Of a DNA stretch of 46,710 bases, positions 29,529 through 37,398 are shown piece by piece. The stretch is from an uncultured Syntrophaceae bacterium (GTDB lineage Bacteria; Desulfobacterota; Syntrophia; Syntrophales; UBA2192), in assembly GCA_964429555.1 (NCBI GenBank), contig CAYSDD010000002.1, positions 1 to 46,710 on the forward strand, read 5' to 3'. Each line of letters starts with the position of its first letter. The stretch's first letter is position 1. Both the position numbers and the translations under genes were made by a program. The notes below the pieces were generated by a model, which saw only the letters and a program-made list of their open reading frames with translations, had not been told where the DNA came from and made no database searches.

Positions 29529-30275
29529 ATGAAGGGGATCGGGCTGGACATCGGTTCACGGACCATCAAGCTCGTCGTCTGCGAAAACGGCAGCATGACG
29601 ATGAAGCGCAAAGAGGTGAACACCTACGACCCCCTCACCCTGTGCCGGGAGATGCTGAATGGCTTTGAGGCAGAGCGTATCATCGCGACGGGCTACGGGC
29701 GCCATCTGCTCAAAGGATATCTCCAGTGCGAAACGATCAGTGAGATCAAGGCCTTCGCACTGGGAGCCCTTGCCCTCTGCGGCTCCTGCCGGACGGTCCT
29801 GGACATCGGCGGCCAGGACACGAAGGCCATCTCCCTGGACGAAAACGGGAGAATCCTCAAATTCCAGATGAACGACAAGTGCGCCGCCGGGACCGGGCGC
29901 TTCCTCGAGGTCATGGCCACGGCGCTCGGGCTTTCCCTGGAGGATTTCATGGCGGCGGCGGCCGCCGCCGAAGAACCCGAGTCGGTCAGCAGCATGTGCG
30001 CGGTCTTCGCCGAGTCGGAGGTGATCTCCATGATCGCCCGCGGTGCGCCGCGGCCGGGGATCGCACGGGGAATCCACCAATCCGTCGCCCGGCGGGCCGT
30101 GTCCCTGCTCGAGAAGGTATCGATTCGCGAGGACATCCTGTTTGCCGGCGGCGTCGCGCTGAACCCCTGCATGCGCGCGCAGATCGAGGAGCATCTCGGC
30201 CGGCGCGTCATGGTGCCCGGTGACCCGCAGATCGTGGGCGCTCTGGGGTGCGCGCTGATGGCCTCGGAGGCATGA
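29529..30275 (+). CDS. BadF/BadG/BcrA/BcrD-type ATPase: (R)-2-hydroxyacyl-CoA dehydratase-type activase
   Basis: MKGIGLDIGSRTIKLVV, LDIGGQDTKAI, NDKCAAGTGRFLE, MCAVFAESEVIS, FAGGVALNP. Confidence 0.9.
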   Translation: MKGIGLDIGSRTIKLVVCENGSMTMKRKEVNTYDPLTLCREMLNGFEAERIIATGYGRHLLKGYLQCETISEIKAFALGALALCGSCRTVLDIGGQDTKAISLDENGRILKFQMNDKCAAGTGRFLEVMATALGLSLEDFMAAAAAAEEPESVSSMCAVFAESEVISMIARGAPRPGIARGIHQSVARRAVSLLEKVSIREDILFAGGVALNPCMRAQIEEHLGRRVMVPGDPQIVGALGCALMASEA

Positions 30276-30281
30276 AGCAGC

Positions 30282-31490
30282 ATGGCTAATCAGCACTCGG
30301 CACACGAGAAACAGCGGATCCCGTCGGGCCCCGCGAGTTCGCAGGCGGAACCCCTCCTGTGTGACGGCTTCCACGCCGACCCCGCCGGACGCATCCTCAG
30401 CTGCATCCTGTCGAAGCGGGAACAGGGTTCACCCGTCATCGGCCTGTACTGCGGGTACGCCCCTCTGGAGCTGGTCCGGGCCATGGGCGCCGTGCCCGCC
30501 TTCCTCTGCGCCGCCTCGGGCCGGACGATCCCCGCCGCCGAGGCGGTCCTTCCCGCCAATCTCTGCCCGCTGATCAAGTCGAGTTTCGGGTTCATCCGGA
30601 CGAAATCGTGCCCCCTCTACGAGCTTGCCGACGCCGTCATCGGCGAGACGACCTGCGACGGGAAGAAAAAGATGTTCGAGCTGATCGCCCCGCTCAAGCC
30701 GACCCACGTCATGGATCTTCCCTACAGGCCCGATGAGGAAGGGACCCTCGCACGCTGGACGCAGATGGTCCGCAAGCTCAAGAGATTCCTCGAGGAAACC
30801 TTCGCTCGTGCGATCCCGGAGGAACGGATCGAGGCCGAGATCCGGGAAACGAACGCGAAATGCCGGCTCATCGACCGCGTCTTCGATTACGCCGCCCTGG
30901 CGCGGCCGGCCATCCACTGGAGCGAACTGCTCGATGTGATCGGGTTCGAGCCCCTCACCGGCTGCGAGGAATTCCGCCGGTTCGTGGAGCCCGCGCTGGA
31001 ACGGCTCGAGGCCCGCGCCGTTCGCGGCATCGGTTTCGGGCGGCCCGGCGCGCCGCGCGTTCTGGTCAGCGGCTGCCCGATCGGGGGGGAAGCGAAAAAG
31101 GTCCTGCGCCTCATCGAAGAGGCGGGGGGCGTCGTCGTCGCCATGGAGGGATGCAGCGGCATGAAGGGATATTCCATCCGAATCGACGAGGGGACCGGCG
31201 ACCCGCTCGGGGCCGTGGCCGCGGCAACCCTGAAGATCCCCTGCTCCTGCATGACGCCCAACCGGGGGCGGTTCGACGCCCTCGACGAGATGATCGCCCG
31301 GTACCGGCCGGATGCCGTCATCGACGTCATTCTTCAGGCCTGCCACACCTACAACATCGAGTCCCACCGGATCGGGCGGCACATCCGCGACCGGCACGGG
31401 CTGCCCTTTCTGAAAGTCGAGACGGACTATTCCGAATCCGACATCGAGCCGCTGCGCACCCGCATCGAGGCCCTGCTCGAGAGCTGCTGA
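30282..31490 (+). CDS. 2-hydroxyacyl-CoA dehydratase / BcrB-superfamily protein, single-subunit (double-cubane-cluster reductase-like)
   Basis: 402 aa. GLYCGYAPLELVRAMGAVP, CPLIKSSFG, ETTCDGKKKMFE, SGCPIGG, ACHTYN. Only one large subunit is paired with the activase. Confidence 0.8.
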   Translation: MANQHSAHEKQRIPSGPASSQAEPLLCDGFHADPAGRILSCILSKREQGSPVIGLYCGYAPLELVRAMGAVPAFLCAASGRTIPAAEAVLPANLCPLIKSSFGFIRTKSCPLYELADAVIGETTCDGKKKMFELIAPLKPTHVMDLPYRPDEEGTLARWTQMVRKLKRFLEETFARAIPEERIEAEIRETNAKCRLIDRVFDYAALARPAIHWSELLDVIGFEPLTGCEEFRRFVEPALERLEARAVRGIGFGRPGAPRVLVSGCPIGGEAKKVLRLIEEAGGVVVAMEGCSGMKGYSIRIDEGTGDPLGAVAAATLKIPCSCMTPNRGRFDALDEMIARYRPDAVIDVILQACHTYNIESHRIGRHIRDRHGLPFLKVETDYSESDIEPLRTRIEALLESC

Positions 31491-31511
31491 GCGCCCTGTG
31501 CTTCCGAAGGC

Positions 31512-31811
31512 TCAGTCGAGGGCCGTCACTTCGCCCGGAGGGAATCCCCCCTTCTCGAGCCTCTCCCGGATCGTTTCGATGCTCGTCCTTTTGTCGTCGA
31601 AGGTGACCGTCGCCTCTCGGGTGAAGGCGTTGACGTCATGCTTCACCACGCCCGGGGTCGTCCGGAGGATGAAGTTGACCTGCGGCACCGTGGAGGGGCA
31701 GTCGCAGGCCTCGATCTTGAGCCGGATGGTCTTTTCGGCCGCAGAGGCGTCCGGCGCCGCGGCGAGGGCCGTGAGTGCGAGCAGGACGGTGAGAACGTGC
31801 AGCGTCTTCAT
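31512..31811 (-). CDS. Secreted HMA (heavy-metal-associated)-like domain protein with CxC in place of CxxC
   Basis: 99 aa. Signal peptide MKTLHVLTVLLALTALAAAPDASA. IRLKIEACDCPSTVPQV...GVVKHDV...ATVTFD. ATGA overlap with the upstream gene. Confidence 0.65.
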   Translation of the reverse strand: MKTLHVLTVLLALTALAAAPDASAAEKTIRLKIEACDCPSTVPQVNFILRTTPGVVKHDVNAFTREATVTFDDKRTSIETIRERLEKGGFPPGEVTALD

Positions 31812-32173
31812 CGCGGACCTCCCGTTGATTCCGATTGCTCCGCAGAACAGTCGCGGATGAAACGAGCCAGTTCCTCTTCGTTCAACCCCGCCCCGCGCCT
31901 GCCGTCCAGGCGCCGGGCGACGGCACCCTTGCGAAAGAACAGCACGGTCGGAAAGATCTCGATCGCCCAGGGGTCCGACAGCGTGTCCCCGTCGTCCTGC
32001 ACGAGAGCGAACCGCCCCGGGTCCCGTGCGTGATTCTCGAACACGGGCAGGAACCTGCGGCTGTAGGGGCACCAGGAGGCGTAGAACAGGGCGAACAGCT
32101 CGTCTCGGGAGCGCAGGAGCGCCTCGAGATCCGGCGCGCTCGTAACCCGGGGGATTTGGGATGTTTCTTCCAT
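31808..32173 (-). CDS. Thioredoxin-fold protein with monothiol WCPYS motif
   Basis: SD AAAGGAG 8 nt before ATG 32173. LFALFYASWCPYSRRFLPVF...IFPTVLFF. Confidence 0.7.
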   Translation of the reverse strand: MEETSQIPRVTSAPDLEALLRSRDELFALFYASWCPYSRRFLPVFENHARDPGRFALVQDDGDTLSDPWAIEIFPTVLFFRKGAVARRLDGRRGAGLNEEELARFIRDCSAEQSESTGGPR

Positions 32174-32236
32174 CACGCGTTCTCCTTTCCTGGGCTGTCG
32201 AGCCCGTTCGTCCGGGGCCCGCGACGGGGGTCGGCA

Positions 32237-33457
32237 TCACCCCTGAGCGATTCCCAGCACGTCCCGGCAGAGGATCTGCAGGTCACGAAGCTCGGCCCGC
32301 TGCCGGGGCTCGAGTCGCTTGGGTACCCCGGCGGCCCCGAGGGACCGGTTGATTCGCCGGGCCGCGGCGAAGAGGTGCGCGAGGGCCTCCGGGATGTTGA
32401 AATCCCGATGCATCGCCTCGCGGAACCGCACCCCGAGTTCGGTCGTGGCCCCCGCAACCCGGGCTTCTCCTTCCCCGTCCGCCCCGCAGCGCCCGGCAAG
32501 GCCGGAGAGCCGATCGAGGGCCGCGGCCGCCTCCCCGAGCCGCCGCTCCGTCAAGTCCACGGGTCGACGGTAATGCGTCGAGAGGAGGAACAGCCGGATC
32601 GCCCCCGGCCGATGATGCCGGAGCAGGTCGCGGATCCGTCCGCCCCGGTCCTCGGATTTTGAAAGCTTCCTCCCCTTGAGCGTCACCAGTTCGTGATGGA
32701 GCCAGTACCGGGCGAGGTCCGTCCCGTCGAGGCTGCGCGAAAGGGCCCTCTCGTTTTCATGATGGGGAAAGATCAGGTCCCGGCCTCCGCCGTGGATATC
32801 GAACAGGCTGCCCAGGTGCCCGCGGCTCATGGCAACGCATTCGATGTGCCACCCCGGCCGGCCTCTCCCCCAGGGGCTCTCCCAGGCGACCGCATCCCCT
32901 TCGGCCCTCTTCCAGAGGGCGAAGTCCCGCCCGTCCTCCTTGGGGCCGCCCGGTCCCGACCGCAGCCCCGCATCGACGCCCGCGGCGTCCGCGAGGCGAC
33001 CGTAGTCGCCCCGCAGGCGGACCCGGAAGTAGACGCCGTCCTCGCGCACGTAGGCCTGCCCGTCGTCGATGAGCCTCGCGATCGCCTCGAGGATCGGCCC
33101 GATCCGTTCCGTCACGCGCGGCTCGAAATCGGGTGCGAGGACCCCGAGGGCGGCCATGTCCTCCCGGTACGAGCGGATGTAGCGGTCGGCGAGATCCCCG
33201 GCTGCGATCCGCTCGGTTCCCGCCCGTGCGAGGATCTTGTCGTCGAGATCCGTGAAGTTCCGCACGTACCGGACGGCATACCCCTCGAACCGCAGGAAGC
33301 GGACGACCACATCGAAAAAGACCGCCGACCGGGCGTGGCCGACGTGGGCGTGGTCATAGACCGTGGGCCCGCAGACGTAGATTCCGATATGCCCCGGCCG
33401 GATCGGGACAAACGGCTCGAGCGACCCCGTCAGGGTGTTCCAGAGACGCAGCGGCAC
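32237..33457 (-). CDS. cysS: Cysteine--tRNA ligase family protein lacking the C-terminal anticodon-binding module (406 aa)
   Basis: [17 protein letters not shown] (HIGH), [23 protein letters not shown] (Zn ligands), KLSKS. Ends about 50 aa after [12 protein letters not shown], where E. coli CysRS continues for roughly 60 more residues. GTG start 4 nt after the selB stop, with GAGGGAG as SD. Confidence 0.85.
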   Translation of the reverse strand: MPLRLWNTLTGSLEPFVPIRPGHIGIYVCGPTVYDHAHVGHARSAVFFDVVVRFLRFEGYAVRYVRNFTDLDDKILARAGTERIAAGDLADRYIRSYREDMAALGVLAPDFEPRVTERIGPILEAIARLIDDGQAYVREDGVYFRVRLRGDYGRLADAAGVDAGLRSGPGGPKEDGRDFALWKRAEGDAVAWESPWGRGRPGWHIECVAMSRGHLGSLFDIHGGGRDLIFPHHENERALSRSLDGTDLARYWLHHELVTLKGRKLSKSEDRGGRIRDLLRHHRPGAIRLFLLSTHYRRPVDLTERRLGEAAAALDRLSGLAGRCGADGEGEARVAGATTELGVRFREAMHRDFNIPEALAHLFAAARRINRSLGAAGVPKRLEPRQRAELRDLQILCRDVLGIAQG

Positions 33458-33461
33458 CGCC

Positions 33462-35390
33462 CTACTCCCTCAGCACGCGCTCGTTGCCGCGGCGCTCGGT
33501 GAACCCGATCGCGTCGAGATGCTCGAGAAGGGGCAGGCCGATCGTGCGGCCGCACCCGAGGACCGGGTTGCAGTCCGCGGGCGTGAAGCGACCCTGTTTT
33601 GCAATCCAGGCGCGGATGCGGTCCTTGGCCGTTTCCAGGCCCCGCCGCGAAATGTAGCGCTCGCCGCCCAGCATCACGACGTGTCTCTTCGAGACCAGGT
33701 GTCCGAGGAGGCGCCTGACCTTCGGCTTCTCGTCCGGGAGACCCAGGGCCGCGCTGATCACGGCGACCGTGACGGTGACGGTGCCCGCGCGCTCGACCGC
33801 CTCGAGCACGCGCGCGAGCAGGGGATCCCGAAGGGATCCCAATCTCCGGTGCATCTCCGAAAGAGCATACCCTCCGTTGACGGACGCCAGGACCCCCTCG
33901 CGGACCAGCTCCCCGAGCAGGAAATCCAGGGCCCCGGGCTCCAGGTTCCAGGGGATCGATGCGGCGATGTGCGACTTGCTGATCTGATCGCGCAGGGTGT
34001 CCTCGGCAAGCGTCCGTTCGACGGCCTCCGCGATCTTGCGCTTGGCCTCCTGCGCGGTTTCCGCCGAAAGGAAGGAGCCGGCGTCGAGGGGAACGAGGAA
34101 CCCCGCCTCGCTCTGCCTTTTCAGCACGTTCTCGAAGACGGCGCGATCCAGTCCCGTGGATCGGCTCAGCCCCTCCGCGGTCAGTACGGCGGCGGGCTGC
34201 GCGGCGGCGGCGGCCTTCACGATCCGCCCCGGATCGCCCGTTTGCAGCCCGGTCAAGTAGGCAAGGGTCCTCTCCGCACGCGCCCGCCGGAACTTGACCC
34301 TCGTTGTCTCGAGGATCGTGCCGCCGCCGAGCACGGAAGGGCTGTTCATGGGCGTCATGATGCATCGATCCCGGGGAGCCGCACCGAGCGGTGCCGTGAG
34401 CCGGAATTGCACCAATCCCCTCTGCCCGGGGACGAGTTCCTCCCGGCCCATGATCACCGCCAGAGCCGACCCGACTGCACTGCCGACGTGCACCTTGACC
34501 CTCTGGCCGCTGCGGAGGGGCTGCCCGGAAAGGCGGCACAGCTCCAGCTCGACATTCAGGTAGGCGGCCGCCTCGAGGCACCCCGGCTCCGAGAGGACCA
34601 TTCCCCGGGCGATTTCCCCCGCCCCGACCCCCTGCAGGTTGATCCCGACCCGAAGGCCGGCGGAGGCGGACTCCACGGCGTTGTGATGGGACTCCAGAGA
34701 CCGCACGCGGACCGTCTTCCCGCCCGGGACGATCTCGAGCCGGTCTCCCGCCCGCACGGTGCCCGACAGGATCGTCCCGCTCACCACGGTGCCCAGGCCC
34801 TGGAAGATTCGAACCTGGTCGACGAACATCCGGAAGGGTTTCGAGGAGGCCTTGCTCCGGATCCCCGCCGCGGCCATCCCGTCCAGGACCGCCAGGACTT
34901 CATCCCGGCCCCGCCCGTCGATGCCGGAAAACGGGATGACCGGCCCGTTTTCGAGGAACGACCCCGCCGCGAGTTCCTCGATGTCCAGGGCGGCCATTTC
35001 CAGGGTCTCCCGGTCGACCAGGTCGGCCTTTGTCAGCACGGCGAAGCCGGCCGTGACGCCGAAGAAGCGCAGGATCTCCAGGTGCTCCCGCGTCTGGGGC
35101 ATGACCCCGTCGTCGGCCGCCACCGCCAGGATCGCCGCATCGACGGCGCTCAGCCCCCGGATGGTGTTCTTCATGAAATCCCGGTGGCCGGGCACGTCGA
35201 CCAGGCTGACCCGCAGGCCCGACGGCAGCACGAGCGGGGCGATGCCGAACTCGATGGAGAGGCCCCGGGCCTTTTCGACCTGCATCCGGTCCGTGTCGAC
35301 GCCCGTCAGGGCGGCGACCAGCGTCGTCTTGCCGTGGTCGACATGCCCGGCGATGCCGACCGTGTAATGTCTCTGCATGATTGCGCCCAT
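33462..35390 (-). CDS. selB: Selenocysteine-specific elongation factor SelB family
   Basis: 642 aa. GHVDHGKTTL, DVPGHRDF, TKADL. C-terminal winged-helix region ...LLEHLDAIGFTERRGNERVL matches the E. coli SelB C-terminus. The domain II pocket motif reads FVDQVRIF instead of AIDRAF. Confidence 0.85.
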   Translation of the reverse strand: MGAIMQRHYTVGIAGHVDHGKTTLVAALTGVDTDRMQVEKARGLSIEFGIAPLVLPSGLRVSLVDVPGHRDFMKNTIRGLSAVDAAILAVAADDGVMPQTREHLEILRFFGVTAGFAVLTKADLVDRETLEMAALDIEELAAGSFLENGPVIPFSGIDGRGRDEVLAVLDGMAAAGIRSKASSKPFRMFVDQVRIFQGLGTVVSGTILSGTVRAGDRLEIVPGGKTVRVRSLESHHNAVESASAGLRVGINLQGVGAGEIARGMVLSEPGCLEAAAYLNVELELCRLSGQPLRSGQRVKVHVGSAVGSALAVIMGREELVPGQRGLVQFRLTAPLGAAPRDRCIMTPMNSPSVLGGGTILETTRVKFRRARAERTLAYLTGLQTGDPGRIVKAAAAAQPAAVLTAEGLSRSTGLDRAVFENVLKRQSEAGFLVPLDAGSFLSAETAQEAKRKIAEAVERTLAEDTLRDQISKSHIAASIPWNLEPGALDFLLGELVREGVLASVNGGYALSEMHRRLGSLRDPLLARVLEAVERAGTVTVTVAVISAALGLPDEKPKVRRLLGHLVSKRHVVMLGGERYISRRGLETAKDRIRAWIAKQGRFTPADCNPVLGCGRTIGLPLLEHLDAIGFTERRGNERVLRE

Positions 35391-35452
35391 CGACGGTCAG
35401 ATTCCTGCGGCTCTCTCCGGCACGCGGCGCCGGCCGGCCGCTTTGCATGCGA

Positions 35453-35544
35453 TGGAAGGGGCAAGGGGAATCGAACCTCCTCCTCGTTGCTGAGACGAGG
35501 CCAACGGATTTGAAGTCCGCGGGGTGCCCAGCACCATTGCCCCT
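35453..35544 (-). tRNA. selC: tRNASec-like (selC-type) tRNA, anticodon UCA, 8-bp acceptor, 4-bp bulged T stem, long variable arm, discriminator U73, encoded CCA
   Basis: Hand fold of the minus strand: AGGGGCAA UG GGUG-CUGGG-CACC CC GCGGA-CUUCAAA-UCCGU UGG CCUCGU-CUCAGCA-ACGAGG A GG(A)GG-UUCGAUU-CCCC UUGCCCCU U CCA. Anticodon at 35511-35513. Confidence 0.8.
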
Positions 35545-35848
35545 GTCCTGTGCCGTCTTCTCCCCGTCCGTGCCGCGCGTCGATCGGACGCCCCGGGGCG
35601 GCACAGGCGGGGAAGCCGCTGCGTTGCACATCGTTCTTTGCCGGATTCGTCGGGGGGAAGATCCCGTTCGCCTGCCCTTGCCGCAGGCAAACAGGACGAG
35701 GGTCTCATCTTGCAGGCGGGCAAAAGGCGGGCGGCATCAACGCGGGAACCGCACGAGTCCCCGATTGCGTCGATCAGCTCCGTAACAGTCGAATCGGCAT
35801 GTTCGTGACCATCCGGTCTTTCCGTGTCAAGGGTCTTGCGCTCATCCG

Positions 35849-35878
35849 CTATTAACGGGAAACCCTTCGGGCTGTCAA
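35849..35878 (-). promoter_or_regulatory. Candidate sigma70 promoter upstream of the tRNA(UCA)-selB operon
   Basis: Minus strand TTGACA (35878-35873), 18-nt spacer, TAATAG (35854-35849). About 300 nt upstream of the tRNA 5' end. Confidence 0.4.
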
Positions 35879-35999
35879 GTTAAAAATAACTTTTCTACAT
35901 CTCATCTATGCACAGATTGAATGTTGACGGCGGGGTCCCGGTCCGGGGGCCCGCCGCGAAGGGGCGGCGGTCGCACCCCGGCGTTTTCGCGCAGCCGGC

Positions 36000-37394
36000 T
36001 TATTCCGTCCCCCGCAGCGTGTCGAGCAGGAAGGCGCGCAGCCGGCCGTAATCGGCGGGAAGATCCACGGGCTCGCCGGTTCGCTTCTCGAGGTCCCTCA
36101 TGCTCTGCGGTACCTCGGGGGTGATCCCCAGCAGCTCGATGATCTCGTCGGGGAACTTGGCGGGGTGCGCCGTCTCGAGGCACACGCAGGGCTCTGCGAT
36201 GGGCCCGCAGCAGGCCTCCAGGTAGTGCTCGAGGCCCCGCCAGCCCACGGCCCCGTGGGGTTCCAGCAGCACCCGGTGCCGCTCCCAGACGCGCCGGATC
36301 GTTTCCTTCGTTTCCTCGTCGGAGACGCTCACGGAGAAGATGCGCCGGCGCATCTCCGCCAGGTCGGGGTAGGCGTGCACGATGCCCGTTCGGTCCACCG
36401 TGCCCCCGTAGAGCTCGAAGAACCGGGCCAGGTTGCTCGGGTGGCCCACGTTCATGGCGTTGGAGAGGCAGGCCCGCGACGGTGAGACCTTCCGGTAGAC
36501 CCCCGTCCTGAGGTAGCTGGGAAATTCGTCGTTTTCGTTGGTGGGCATGACGAGCATCCGGACGGGAAGCCCCATGCGCCGGGCGTACTCGCAGCCCAGG
36601 GCGTTGCCGAAATTCCCCGAGGGGACGGAGAAGACGATCTCCTCGCCCGGGGCGGCCAGCTGGGCGTAGGCATAGACGTAGTAGATGCTCTGCGGCAGGA
36701 TCCGGCCGAAGTTGATGGAGTTGGCCGAAGTGAGGTTGAGCCCCGCGAGCCCCGGGTCGGCGAAGGCCTGCTTGACGAGGTTCTGGCAGTCGTCGAACTT
36801 GCCGTCCACGGACAGGGCGAGGACGTTGCCGCCGATCGTGTCGAGCTGCTTCTTCTGCATGCCGCTCACTTCGTTTCGCGGGTAGAGGATATAGACGCCG
36901 ATCCCCTCGACGCCCTTGAAGGCCTCGCCCACGGCGCTGCCCGTGTCGCCCGAGGTGGCCACGAGCACATTGAGGCGCCTGCCCGGATCGCGCAGGCGGC
37001 TCATGAGCCTCGCCATCATCCGGGCGGCGAAGTCCTTGAAGGAGGCCGTCGGCCCCCGGTCCAGGCGCATGATGTAAACGCGGTCGTGGACCCGCTCCAG
37101 GGGAACATCGAAGTTGTATGCATCGTCCACGACCTGCCGGATCGCCTCCCGGGGCAGCTCGTCCTTCAGGAACGCCTCGGCCACGAGGAGGGCCGTCTCC
37201 GGGTAGGGCCGCCCCTTGCAGGCCAGCACCTCGCTCACGGCAAGCGTCGGGATCGGCTCGGGCATGAAGAGCCCCTCGTCGGGCGCCTGGCCCCGGATCA
37301 GGGCCTCGCGGAAGGAGACCTGCCCCGTGAACGGCGTGAGGCCGCCCACCCCCTCGAGGCGGCGGTTCGTGCTGTAGTAGAGGATTTTCGTCAT
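36000..37394 (-). CDS. thrC: Threonine synthase (E. coli/yeast-type long form)
   Basis: 464 aa. VSFREALIRGQAPDEGLFMP, PTASFKDFAARMM (PLP Lys), TSGDTGSA, TSANSINFGRILPQ. Confidence 0.85.
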   Translation of the reverse strand: MTKILYYSTNRRLEGVGGLTPFTGQVSFREALIRGQAPDEGLFMPEPIPTLAVSEVLACKGRPYPETALLVAEAFLKDELPREAIRQVVDDAYNFDVPLERVHDRVYIMRLDRGPTASFKDFAARMMARLMSRLRDPGRRLNVLVATSGDTGSAVGEAFKGVEGIGVYILYPRNEVSGMQKKQLDTIGGNVLALSVDGKFDDCQNLVKQAFADPGLAGLNLTSANSINFGRILPQSIYYVYAYAQLAAPGEEIVFSVPSGNFGNALGCEYARRMGLPVRMLVMPTNENDEFPSYLRTGVYRKVSPSRACLSNAMNVGHPSNLARFFELYGGTVDRTGIVHAYPDLAEMRRRIFSVSVSDEETKETIRRVWERHRVLLEPHGAVGWRGLEHYLEACCGPIAEPCVCLETAHPAKFPDEIIELLGITPEVPQSMRDLEKRTGEPVDLPADYGRLRAFLLDTLRGTE

Positions 37395-37398
37395 GCGT

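Noticed and set aside
35453-35550. Alternative tRNA fold with acceptor GGA(C)AGGGG/CCCCUUCC and discriminator A
   Set aside because: That register leaves 7 nt between the T loop and the acceptor strand, which cannot form a T stem, and it has no CCA. The AGGGGCAA/UUGCCCCU register gives a complete cloverleaf with U73 plus CCA.
35548-35848. About 300 nt between the candidate promoter and the tRNA(UCA); checked for a small ORF (23 codons from about 35846) or a known RNA
   Set aside because: No SD and no recognisable motif. It may be a leader or processed precursor, but nothing can be supported from sequence alone.
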